The notes beneath the pieces are model-generated. The model had not been told where the DNA came from, made no database searches, and saw only the letters and a program-made list of their open reading frames with translations. From positions 7,166,270 to 7,230,269 of the forward strand of contig MU054212.1 in assembly GCA_013239625.1 (NCBI GenBank): a DNA stretch of 64,000 nucleotides. Direction: 5' to 3'. The DNA is from Lama guanicoe (lineage: Eukaryota). Shown here piece after piece: positions 26,681-39,095 of the stretch (position 1 is its first letter; the number at the start of each line of letters is the position of its first letter). The position numbers were made by a program, and so were the translations under genes.

Positions 26681-29576
26681 AATAATAATTATCCAAGGCA
26701 AACTTTAAAATTGGATTTCCTGTTTTGTCACAATTGGATCATTATGGCCCAAGCCCATTTGAACCTGTTTTGATTATCTGAAATATTTATTGTCCCTCTT
26801 TCTAGAAAAATCTTATTATGATCTGTAATCTTAAAAATTGTGAATAGTCCCACTCCCTTCCCTGCTCTATTGCATCGTTGACCCCTATTTCTAAAGAGGT
26901 AGGTACAAAGTGGAAAACAATTGGAGGAACATGTTAAATTCAAAATAAGTGTGATGTAACCACGAAGACGTATTCAAACGTCAGGCATATTTGAAAATGT
27001 CATGAACGATAATCCAAGAAGTATAATTTTGCAGGACGTATGGGGGACATCTGGATGTCGGGGCAGCGGGCAGTTACTTAGTCTAATATCTGGGGCTGCG
27101 GTTCCACCTGGACTGTGGCTTCTTCCCACTGTCACGTTTGAGTGTGGCTGCCTGCGGGTCTGATTCATGTCTCTGCCATGTGTCACGTTATTTTGATGCC
27201 ATCACTGTTTTGTTCCATGAAAGTAATTTCTCTCTTTCCTTTGTTCTCTAAATGTCCATACAGCCAGTTCAGTAAAGCTCGTTCACATCCAGGAAGCTCT
27301 CCTTCTCTGTCTCCTTTCTCTGTCTTGCAAGAACTGAGGGTGGCTTCTGGTATTTTGTGTGGCTTCATCGTTTCCTTCCTGCCTCTCATCCACTTCGTGA
27401 TGTAATTCTTGGCACTTTTACTTCCTTTGTAGAGTAGGATGTGATGTCATAGAGAAGGGGACAGGGCTATCCAAATTCTCTCAATTGCTGGGAGGAGCTG
27501 CCCAGGTGTGCTGAGGGGCCTGTACTCAGGAAGAGAAACAGGGAGTCCTCCACAGTGAGTAACCCCGCTTTCAAGTGCACCCAACTTTCCATTAAAACGT
27601 CACCTAGTACACTGGAGTTTCCTCTTCAGCCCTTTCTAGACTGAATCAGTTGGCCTTTTGGACCTTCCCAGTTCAGCTCAATTTTCCTCCTTCTCCTTTC
27701 TCCGCTGTCCCCCTCTTTGTGCCATCCCGTGCCTCTCCCCGCCAGTCTCCCTCTTCCTTGCTCACTTACTTGTGTGTGTCTGTGTCTGCTGACCTTCTGC
27801 CCTTGTCTTCTGTGAGAGACATTAGTGTCCCCAGCATTGCCTGTCATTTGGGGTGATGCCCCCCCCCGTATCTAGTCCACATGAGCACGGCATCTCCTTT
27901 CAGTAATTCATAAGTATGCACGGTTCTACTTACAGTTCTTCTTATTCTAAAAATTGTCAGCTTTTTTGTTTTCATGTCTGTATCTTTCCCACCTTTCCTT
28001 GTGATGTGATCTTTCCCCTTTTCCAGCTCTATTTTGCAGTTTCCTCCTTGCCTTTTTTGAAACCAGCATTTTTATGCTTTAGTCCTCTTCCCTGTACAGC
28101 TATGCCTATGTTTCTTCCCCCAGCACCCCCCACAGTTTTCAGTTCAGCTCTCCAGTAGCCTCCCCAGTGAGGACAGTTTTCCTTCTTTCCCGTTGACAGA
28201 CTCGTTGCTATGCCCTCTTTCCAGTGTAGCTCATATTTCTGTTCTTTAAAGAATTGACCAACTGCAACTAAGGGACTGGTCCAGACTGGGAAGGACGAGA
28301 ACATGTCCTGGGAATTAGAAAGGGGAGAACAGGGAAGGGGCCCTGGTGGTGAGGTGGGCAGGCTGCATGTAACTCACTGGGCAACTGGGATGAGCAGAAG
28401 CCTTGCTAGTGACCCAGCTGAAATTTAGCCATTGGTAGGAGAAGAGATCACAGAGCTATTTTTGAATATATTTGGAAACCTTTTCAATTTTTAAGTTTTA
28501 GGGTGACCCTGTTAATTCTTAATAATTATCATCATTCTGGTGAATAATCATAAAATAGAGCTCTAGAATCATTGTTACCTGGGGCCGTGACTCATGCAAA
28601 AAATCCCATACAGAAAATGTCCATAGGTGCCAGCTACTCTTGGAGAAGGTCATTGTGAAGATGCGTGTAGACTTGTTTCTTGTACCCAAGGTGAGGGGGT
28701 CCCTACTGACCTTGTTGGTGAGCAGTGTGGGCACTGTTGTTCACTGCTTTCATGACGTTCTAAAGTCCCTGGATGAATAAAGGAGCTTGATTTCCAGGGC
28801 TGACTGTCTAAAAAGCCTGTGGAAATAATTAACTAGGTCCCATGTATCCCCCATGCTTTGTTTTAAAAAAAACTCCCTTCCACTCACAAATAAGTAGGAC
28901 AGAAGGGGAGAGAAAGAAAATAGGACTCAGTTGATAAAACTGAGATGGGCTGCGTGGGAAGAGGAAGGGGTTTACTTGAAATGAATTGGAAAAGGCAAAA
29001 CAAAGGAAACTGAGCTGAACTGGAAAACACACTGTAGAGAGATACTTGGGTTTCTGTATGCTTTTTTCCCATTTTGGCCATTAAGGATTTTTTTTTTAAA
29101 TACAAAGGAAGTTGATCAAAATATGAATCCAGGGAGGTTATTTCTGACCAGCACTTTGTTCTCTGTTACTGATAGTATTCAGGCTCATGCTTCCAAGGCC
29201 CTGGAAATTTAGCAAACATTTTAACAGCCTGAAAACATGACTTTAAAAATAAAATATTAGCAATTCTTGATAAAGGAAATTATGTGCACTTGTTAACTTG
29301 GTGTTTCTAGATTTCACATTTCTTTTTTTGGTGTGTATGCCTTTGTGACATCTTTTTGCAGAATGACCCCTATATGTTGCCGAATTTGCCATAAATGTCC
29401 AGAAAATAGTACATTCTCACTTTGGACACATGATCTGTGTGATGGGACCTAATTTTGACATAACGACCCCTTCCCTTTTAAAATTTTAAGAAGACATTGC
29501 ATGATTCACACGCATTTTCGTTTTGTATGCTTCCATGCAGTAATCTCGAAATCTTATGTTTATTTTTTTTTTTTAG

Positions 29577-29699
<123 letters not shown>

Positions 29700-30144
29700 T
29701 AATAATTGCAGCTAATTGCAAAGCAATAGGTACATCTAGATTTTGATGTAGTTGACTGTGAATTAAGTAACTAAATACAAATTCTTTTTTGAATGCCAAA
29801 TATTTGGGTGACCCAAGATCTCCTTGGAACTACCTGTTTGCTTAATAAATTGCATTAGACAGATTGGTATAGAATCTACTTCATTAGTAAAGATCAGCGT
29901 TGAATGAATTAGCCCCTAATTGGAGTTACTCTTCTTCTTCAAAATCAAGAGGAGATTTTGTCTCTGAAAGTGAGTAGTGAAAGAGAAACATTTTTATAAG
30001 CTTAGTATTTAAATCCCAGGTTGGAAAGATGAGCTCACTCTGATAAAATTCAAAGTTCCAACAAACGTGGTTGAAAATTTAGTCCTCTTATATTTAGAAT
30101 TATTCTGCTTGGAGCATCGTTCATCAACTCTTGAGCCTTAAAAA

Positions 30145-30555
30145 AAATAACGATTTCATTGAAATAGTCAGGAACCCTAAAATTCACCCTTTTAAAATAT
30201 ACAATTCAGTGGTTTTCTGTATATTCACAAAGTTTTGCAGTCATCACCACTATCTAATTTTAGAACATTTTCATCACCCTAAGATGGAACCCACTGTCAG
30301 TCACCCCCTATTCCCTATTCCTGGCAGCCCCCTGTCAACCACTAATATACTTTTTATGTCCATGGATTTGCCTATTCTGGACATTTCACATAAATGGAAT
30401 CATACAATATGCAGCCTTTTGTGACTGGCTTGTTTCATTCAGCAGAAGGTTTTCAAGGTCCATCCATGTTGTAGCATGAATCAGTACTTCGGTCCTTTGT
30501 GTTGCCAGATAATACTCCGTTGTATGGATAGACTACATTTTGTTTATCTGTGATG
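30145..30555 (-). mobile_element. L1MB-type 3' end
   Basis: aaattcacccttttaaaatatacaattcagtgg…ggatttgcctattctggacatttcacataaatggaatcatacaatatg. Confidence 0.9.
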
Positions 30556-32589
30556 GTCCTTTTTATTTTATTTAGTTATGAATTCTGTAGTTTGGGCTTT
30601 ATCCAGACACTTAGGGCCATATAAATGTTATTACTCAAGGAGAGAAAAAGAAAAAGCAGTTTGTTACAGGATAAAATAACCATAGAGCCGAGTATCTAAT
30701 CATCCATGTCCCATAGGGTGAATTTTTTTAATTGTATGAAGTTGTCTACCTAAAAGCTGTTGAGAAGACAGTGGTCTCAGCTTGATGGAAACTAAATCTG
30801 CTGAGCTACCTTCCCATCCGATACTAGGATAGAACCTGCTGTGAGAAATGAATGTCCTTCCAAGGCCAACTGTCCCTAAAACATTGGTGTAACCTGTAAC
30901 TCCTGGTGCTGTTCCGTGTGAGTCACGTCAGCTTCTAATTGTTTAACATGCACCTTTTGCACGTTTGATCCACGAACATCACGATTTAGTGGGGACACCT
31001 AGGACACCTAGGCGCAATTTTTCATCTCTATCTTGGAGGCCTTCTCTGCCTGTTCGGAAGAAAGAGCCCAGACTGCTGTAACTACAGTGTTTGCAATAAT
31101 TGTTCCCCCGCAAACAGTGGGGAGGGAAGTCACTGACAGAACCTAACGGCTCTACTGGGGCGGAGCCTGTTCTTCTATACCAGATGTCAGTGTGAGGCAT
31201 CTCACGGGGACAACTGGAAATTAATTTTCTCCTCACTGCCTGTCAGAAACCCTGAAAATATTTATGCCATTTTGAAAGCACTGAAGATGTTTGTGCTACA
31301 ACCAAAAGAAAAGAGGAGGGTAAGAATCTAAGGATATCAACTCCTTTCGACTGTGGGCTCTGAGCCACAGGAATCTGCCAGTGCAGACATAAAAAGCATC
31401 TCCTGTAAGCTGACATTTGAAATTTGTTCATTAGATATTCTTCTCCCCAGGAGTGAGTAGGCTACTATCAGTTGTTAAGTACCTCGAGATATAAAATTCC
31501 TGTACCATGGCCTTGAACAGCATTTTAATTACACTTGTTATTGTAACAGCATTTTTTTCAAAGTTTTTCAAGATGCTCGTCTTCCCAGAGTGGTGTGTTT
31601 AAAGGGCTTTAAGTACATGTTAACAAACAAAACAGAAAACAGCTTCTTTAAAAGGGTAAGACCACTGAAATGGAAAACATAACCTATTCCTCTAAATACA
31701 ACCCTCTCTTCACTTCCCTCCCCCCTTATTATGTCCTCTTGTGAATAATTTAAAAAAAAATGTTTCTTGTTACAAGTGCTGATGGACCTGTGTAGTTCTA
31801 TTGAAAGTACCTGCAAGGAATTCACAAGCTAAATAGGAAAGAGAACAAGCAAAGAAAGAGATCGTAGTTCTGTTTTAAGTGCTATTCTGTGAAGTCTGCT
31901 CTGTTCCAAGGGCATCAGACTCCGTGTTTCATCTTCTCATTTCTGTTTATTTGAATCCTCCCCCCTGTCAGTTGTGGCAGTTACTTAAGGCTGGTATATC
32001 TGTGACCACTCTCCCCTTGTTGTCTTGTTTGCTTATTAGTGTCATCTCTAAAATAGAAGTTGTGTGTAGATCTTGAGTGAGTTTCAGCTTTCCTACATGC
32101 TGTGTATATTGCTTTAGGGAGCAGATTCTGACATTTATTTTTCCTACTGAATGTACTATTTTGCTCCCTTCCAAATTCTTAAATAGTTTCCAAGTATTTA
32201 TGGTAGCTGAGTAAATGAAGTAAAACTCTATTTTTCTTAAGTAAACTGACATTTAGAAATTCCATCATCGTAAGGTCAAATATAGCTATTTCATTTCTAG
32301 GTATTTATTAATGATGGTTTTTTAAGAATGGCAGGCTTGTGATATGCATAAATGCAAGGACATGACCGTGAAAGTTACTAATGTGGCCATAACCTTCTAG
32401 TGGTCTTTGTGAAAGAGAGGTCGTGTTAGTGGTCCTCCCACAGACAATCCACCACTGTACCTAGCATTTCCAGAAAAGAGAAGATTGGGTCTTTCTCGTC
32501 ATCACTCCAATGCCATTGTTTTAAAGTAATGCCATTTGTATCAAGTCCAGGGTGGGGAGATGGTCCTTCATTCTGTGTGCCAGGTGGGT

Positions 32590-32725
32590 CTCCTGTAGCA
32601 CTGACCTCACCATACTGTAAATTTGTCCTTGTTTGTCTTCCTGCTGGTCTGTGAGCTCTTTAAGGGCAGGGCACCCAATGCTCCTGCCACTCAGAAGGTA
32701 CTCAGTAAATATTTGTTAAGTAAAT
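32590..32725 (+). mobile_element. L2 3' end
   Basis: ctgtgagctctttaagggcaggg…ggtactcagtaaatatttgttaagtaaat. Confidence 0.75.
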
Positions 32726-35659
32726 AATCTTCCTCAAGATGTTAATTTGCTGGTCCTTAGTGATGACTTTGGTTTGCATTCAGAGTTAGAAGCTTCTTTT
32801 TAACATTTCAAGTTGTATTTTTCATCCTATTTAACTATTTGTTTTAATCAGAAGGAATCTACCAGTTTTGTGGGAATTCCATTAAATATATGCATGCCAA
32901 TAGTCTCTGGCAAATTAGCTGTGAACAAATAAGGTTATGGTGCTGTTGCCTGTTTTTAAACACTGTAGGTTCCTCTGGTTTAAACTTGTATCTTACAATA
33001 AAAAAAAAGCCAATAATTTTGGCAAAGCTGATATGAGTATTTGAATGTTGATATGTGATATTGGCAATCTATTTGACTGCAGTGAAATTCTTGACATTTT
33101 ATGGTACCTTTCCTCTTTTCAGGTGACACTTTAAATTGCATAATTTTCATGTAGACAGGATATAAAGAGAATAACTTTTTTTTATCATGTTCTGTGTGTC
33201 TTCTTCAAGTTATTGATGAAATGTATAGTATATGATTAAACTCTATTTGAAAAAGCCAGACTGAAAGAAGTACTCTCTATGTGGTTTAAAAACAGGTGTA
33301 TGGATATAATAAATTATCAGAAGGACATATGGTTTTTGTTGGAAAAAAAATTAACCATATGATCATGCATGATTTCCTAGAATTTTTTAAAATGAAAATA
33401 TGTTTGGTAAGTTTTAATTCCCTTCTACGTAGTAACAGAAGATTTTTCTCAATATAATTTTATTCTGGTCCATCTATTACTGCACTTGCTTTTTGGATTC
33501 TGAGTATTTCCAGGCTTCTGCTACTTTGTGTTCATGAGTTGTCAACAATTGATAAGACAGAGCTGTTTGGAACGCTTACAATCAATCAAAGCGCCATGTT
33601 GCTTGTGTAGATGGGATAGAAATGTGCGTATTCCAGTCTGCAGCTTTTATGGATGGATATTTGATATGCCTGTTTGGACTGCTTGGCTAAACATCCCCAC
33701 TTCCTCAGGGAGAGAGGGTGCTACTGTAGACTACAGGCATGCCTGTGGTAATTAAACATGTGTTCATAGAAAAAGAGAAGATGCTGCAGTTACCATGTTG
33801 CTTTGAATGGCTTTTGGGGTTGTCCTAATTCTGCTTTTCTGTTTTTGGTTTGCTTATTCAGAAGTTATCATTCCTTTACAAAGAAGACTGGGGGATTTTT
33901 GATGCCTGAGGATATGTTTTTCTCTGCTCATGTCATTTTTTAATGTGATGCTTCCAAAGAAATGTGCTCTCTGTTTTAGTGACCCATCCGGAGGCAGCAA
34001 GGTCAAGGAGTGAGGTTTGAAGCACTTACCTAGTGGGAGCAGAGCAGAACAGTCGAAACAGCCATTCATTAGTGAGGGATAATTTCTTACGTGCTGGGCA
34101 TTATTGTTACAAGATACCTGTCACTAATGTAGCATGAACTGTAATATAGTTTCCGTATTATTTGATAATAGGTAAATAGGTTTCTAATGGAGGTGAGGTA
34201 GTCATAAAATAAAGGCAAAAAAATCACAAAGCAATTTTAAAAACCTTTGGTGGGTTGTGGGCCGGGCAGTATTTATGAGGTACATCTTTACAAAACTGTA
34301 GATGCCTTACTTTAAAAAAAAAAAATCAATGTTAGATTTCATCAACGATTTACAGAGCAGCAGCCTACAATTACATATCACAGTAGGGACATTTGAAAAG
34401 GTTTATAAACAGTCTTCCTTGTGCTTAGTATTACTCAGGATATTGACATGTCTTTGTGCGATGTGGAGTATGCAACTAACAACCCAAGATTTTGTAATTA
34501 TCCTGATATCAGTGAAAACTTTTTATTCCTCCCTGGTAATTCTTAGGATAAATTTGTTTTTAGCTACTTGTCTTAAGGTTTGTCATGTTTTCTGTTTTGC
34601 AATCTCTGTTATGATATGCTGAAATTAGGATCTCCACTTTGTGCTGTGGTTTATTAAAGATGTTCCATTTTTCTAGGGGGATAAAAATGTCAGAAAATTC
34701 CATTACCATGTATAGTGACAAACCATAAAATTTGTTGGCATTTCTCTTGGTGAGATTTACGTTTCTAATTAGCACTATAGGAGATGATTCTCGCTGCTGA
34801 AATGTTTTGTCTAAAGATAAGAAAGAAACACAAACAATTTCAACTGCAAAATCAATTCTTATCTCCAGACTCCATGTCGGCCTCCCTCCTTTCCTACTGA
34901 GATGGTGGTCAAGTTTGTTTGCACTGGGGCGTTTTGGAATAACAGTGTGAACTCACAGCGTCATCCTTGCCATTTGCTAACATCTAATTCTCTCCTTCTG
35001 TAAATGGTGTGCACAGTCAGCTGCTTAGAGAGTGATGAATGAGACAGTGATGTCATTAAACAGAATTGTAGGTCACTCTGTATCTATTTATGTAAGTGTG
35101 TACAAGCAAGCCTTTAGAATAATTTCTCTTAGTTGACATCAAATTTTACTTGTCATCATTACCCAGTTAGAAATCTCAACCAGGGGCCTTCCTAACTCTT
35201 TACTCCCATTCCCCACCGCCAGCTGGTTCTTGGGTAGTGTTAGTTCTGCTGCCAAACTACACCCTTCTTTCTTTGTATCCCTACACTTTGCCACTCATTC
35301 TTTACACTTACGATTTTAAGCCAGATTAATGCAGTATCCTCTTATCTGCTGTCTTTAAACTTGATCTCCCCCTTTTTAGATCTGTTTGTATTTCCTCAGA
35401 CACTACCATTTATAGTAGCATTTCTTAACTGATAATCCAAAATATTCCAGGTACAAAATACATTGCACCTAATAAACTATGAATCAGAAATTATTGTCAG
35501 TTGTGTGTTTGGCTATAATTAGGTGGAATCAGGCGTGGTCCTTTTTTCTAGCCACATGGTATCTGAATAAATGCATGATATTCTGATAATGTAGGGTTTA
35601 TGATGTGAATGATGAATGTATTCATTTTACGTTACATTTAGATGAGATTTTTAATTTCT

Positions 35660-35800
35660 TTTTTTTTAAACTAAGCTATTAACTTTTTTAAAACACTGCT
35701 TTGTTTCTGTTTTTGTTTTTACTGAACATACTGGGGATTGAACTCAGGACCTCGTGCATGCTAAGCACTTGCTCTGCCACTGAGCTGTACCGCATACCCC
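35660..35800 (-). mobile_element. tRNA-Ala-derived SINE (camelid Vic-1-like)
   Basis: Reverse complement reads …gtacagctcagtggcagagc…gcttagcatgcacgaggtcctgagttcaatccccag plus an A-rich tail (Pol III A/B boxes); aatttct flanks both sides. Confidence 0.85.
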
Positions 35801-36232
35801 TTGAATTTCTAATCTGATCATTTTTGTATACCTTTGGTTCTTCCCAAAATGTCATTTAAAATGTTGTTTGTTGGTGTTAGGTGCTTTTTTATACATAATT
35901 AATTTGTTTTAAATGGTATAAAGCTAATTAAATAAGAATTCATAATTTATACTTGGACATCACTAATTGTTTAAAAATAATCTATCATAATTAAACATTT
36001 TTTAACTTAAATTTACTCTTTTATAGTGATATAGTGATTAAAATAATTCTTCAGGGGGATAATAGGATGATATATTACTATGAAAGCATTTCCTGAGTTA
36101 AAAAATAATTCTGTGAAACATTACCCTACAAGGTCAGTTTCTAGCCCCTCAGCTCAACCCTAATTGACCAGGACGTGGGCAACTTTGATGCCTTTATTGT
36201 CAAGCATCTGACGTTGCAGCCACAGTTGACTA

Positions 36233-36423
36233 TAGCTGACTTTTAAACAACTTGGGTTTTTGAAATTTGTGGGTCCTCTTATGCATGAATGTTTTTAATA
36301 GTAAATACGACAGTGCTACCCAGTCTGCGGTTGGTTGAATCTGCAGACATGGAGGAACCGCAGACGTGGAGGGCCAACTATAAAATGTGTGGATTAACAC
36401 TCGTCTTGTTCAGGGGTCAGTTG
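36233..36423 (+). mobile_element. Tigger2-type MITE
   Basis: TA|tagctgacttttaaacaac … ttgttcaggggtcagttg|TA; same family as 13249-13468, opposite orientation. Confidence 0.8.
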
Positions 36424-36512
36424 TACTTGCCTTTTGCTGGGAAATTTCCTTCTTATATAATTTCATAATTTGGAAAGTAGAAGTAGAGCCCCACGAGACA
36501 TTCTTAAACTGT

Positions 36513-36513
<1 letters not shown>

Positions 36514-36551
<38 letters not shown>
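36514..36551. repeat. (GT)19 microsatellite
   Basis: Perfect GT dinucleotide run. Confidence 0.95.
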
Positions 36552-36552
<1 letters not shown>

Positions 36553-36708
36553 GCCTCTGGTAGTTACCACGTTGTTCCACAAGAGGCTGTAAGAGTGGAT
36601 TGCTGAATGGGGAGGAAGCACTTCTCAGGTAGGCTGCCCCACACTGATGTAAGAAATTTGCAACGGGACTCCTCCCGGTTCCCAGACTGAAGTCATAGTA
36701 ACAGTGAT

Positions 36709-37130
36709 TGGTTAGTCTGCTCAGGCTGCCATCACAAAGCACCACACACTGGGCAGCTTAAACAACAGAAGTGTGTTTTCTCACAGTTGTAGAGGCTGGA
36801 GGTTCCAGATCAAGGTCCAGCAGGACAGGTTTATGGTGTGGTCTCTCTTCCTGGCTTGCAGACACCCACCTTTATGCTGTGTCCTCACACAGCCTTTCCT
36901 GGGTATGTACATGGAGAGAGAGAGAGACAGACAGACAGACAGGCAGACAGAGTTCTGAAGTGTCTCTTCTCATAAGGACACTACTCCTGTCAGATCAAGG
37001 CTCCATCCTTATGACCGCTTTCAACCCTAATCACTTCCTTAGCGATCTCATCTCCTATCCAGCCAACTTAGGGGCTGGGGCTTCAATATATGAATTTGTT
37101 GAGGGGGACACAAAAATTTGGTTCACAACA
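36709..37130 (-). mobile_element. MLT1A/B-type solo LTR with 5-bp TSD
   Basis: TG…CA ends; GTGAT duplicated at 36704-08 and 37131-35; ggctgccatcacaaagcaccacacactgggcagcttaaacaacagaa. Confidence 0.9.
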
Positions 37131-38849
37131 GTGATTCAGAATTTGGAACTTTACATTTCTTGAATTCATGGCATACCATAGAATTTTTCTAGGATTTTGA
37201 GTATCTGATGCAACTTGGAAGGTATTCATAACAATATGCTTAACACTGTACTGTGCTTCTGTTTTTACATACTTCTAATGTACATTTTCATATGTTATTC
37301 CTAACATATAAACCGATAGAATACTTGGCTTACGTTTCATGTTCAAATATAATGTGTATATTCACACAACATAAATTGACTTGGGTTTAATTTGAAGCCT
37401 TTGGCAAAAGTAGCTGTGGTGACTGCCTATAACACTCACGGCATCGGTATTCACTAAGGTATGCAATTATAGCTATGAAATGGCTATTTCTTAATACAAC
37501 TTCTTATTCTGTCAAGCTTTCTTTCTCTATTCTTCCAAATAATTGAACAAAAAAAGGTAATTTAGGTGATTTCAGCTTTATCAAGATCTAGGTATAATTT
37601 ACTCCAGAAATACCGAGCACACTCTATAAATATTTCAGTGCAGAAATAGAAGCAGAAATGAATATAAAATTACACTTTATGTGAGTCTTTCTAAGTATCC
37701 TAAGCAGGTGAAAATCTTTGGGGAGGAATAAGCATTTAACTGGGGTGATTTTATTTAATTTTTTTTTCTTGGTTATGTTTTTTTCCTTATCTTCTCGTTG
37801 CATTGCATGTGCTCTTAATTGCCGCAGGCCTAAATGATTTTAGTTTTGCTTCGTTGTTTTGAACTCGACAACATAATTCAAATGCAAAACAGTTGATATG
37901 CTGACATGGGGACTGCTTTTTATAGTTGACTTGTTTTCAGAGGAATAAAAATTATGACATTTTGTTAAGCCAGGTTTTCTAAAAGCTACAGTGCATAATT
38001 CCTAAGAATAAGTCCTAGTTCTTTCAGGACACTGAAGGCTGTTTCTCCTGCACCTCCTGAGGTGCCTATGCAAAATCAAATGTATAACTGTGGACTGGAA
38101 TTCTGTCTGAAATTCAGATGATTTCTGTTCACATTTTGAGAAGTTAAGTCCCATTTTAGGTGCTGTGCAAGGCTTACATTTCAGCTCTGCTCTCTTCAAT
38201 GTGTTGATAACCATCTTCTGGCCAGGTTCACAGTACTCAGGTCTGTGAGTACAGAGCATTGCCAGGTGCTTTTAGTAGTCAGATTAGGGGACATCAGAGA
38301 AATGAAAACAAGCTGTGGACATGCAGATGTCACAACATGAATTTAATCAATTAAACACCAGTAAGTGTCTTCTTTGTGCTCACTATGTGAGATCCTGGGG
38401 TTTTGTTGAAGCTTTAAGGCTTGTCTTCATTCCGTTAACATTTATTAAGCACATTCTATGTTGTTGGGACTGTTGCTGGATTAATAGATGAATAAAATGA
38501 AGTTCCTCCTTTTGAAGATTGAGCAGCGTAGTTCCAGACCATTCTTCTCTGAGTCATTCAGTTATGTCTTTTAACCTCTCCTCTGTGAAATATGTCTTCA
38601 GCCTAGTACATAATATTTTTTTTTAATTTTAATCAAAAAGTAAATATAAGAATTTCTAAATTCTCTCTTGAATTCTTAATAAGATACATGATATTCCAGC
38701 ATGTCAAGAAGTGTTATCTTTGTATCACAAATATAAGCTCATCATGGTAAGGAGTGACATCTTTGTATCCATTAGTTTGTTTCATCTAGTACCAAGATAC
38801 CCATGCTTTATGGTATATGTCAAGCGAAGTAATGAGTAGGCGCTTGATG

Positions 38850-39095
38850 ATTAAAAGAATACCTCCTATTTCTTAATCATTTAACTTATATTTTCTTGGC
38901 CCAATACTAAGGGCTTTACATGAGTTATCTTCTTAAAAAGTTTAAAAGACAGTGGGTTGATGATATTACCTTTACCATTTTACAGGTAGGGAAACTGAGG
39001 CACATGAGGCTAAGTAACAAGACATTTCATTTAGCTAGCAAGTAACAAATCTGGGATTTGATGTCTGATTCAGGACCAGTTGCACTTAACCTTTT
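38850..39095 (-). mobile_element. MIR SINE
   Basis: ccattttacaggtagggaaactgaggcaca…gaggctaagtaac…ctgggatttga. Confidence 0.85.

Larger units (their letters stand above)
1..29576 (+). other. ASXL3: ASXL3 intron 1 (partial; exon 1 presumably upstream of the window)
   Basis: No MKDKRKKKDRTWAEAARL-coding sequence or CpG island seen upstream of exon 2 in the window. Confidence 0.85.

Noticed and set aside
33105..33130. Possible recursive splice site ttttcAG|GTGACA
   Set aside because: The regenerated donor is far from the GTRAG consensus.
35725..35795. tRNA-Ala-like sequence (also at about 42755-42820)
   Set aside because: Degenerate, with A-rich tails and target-site duplications: SINE heads, not tRNA genes.
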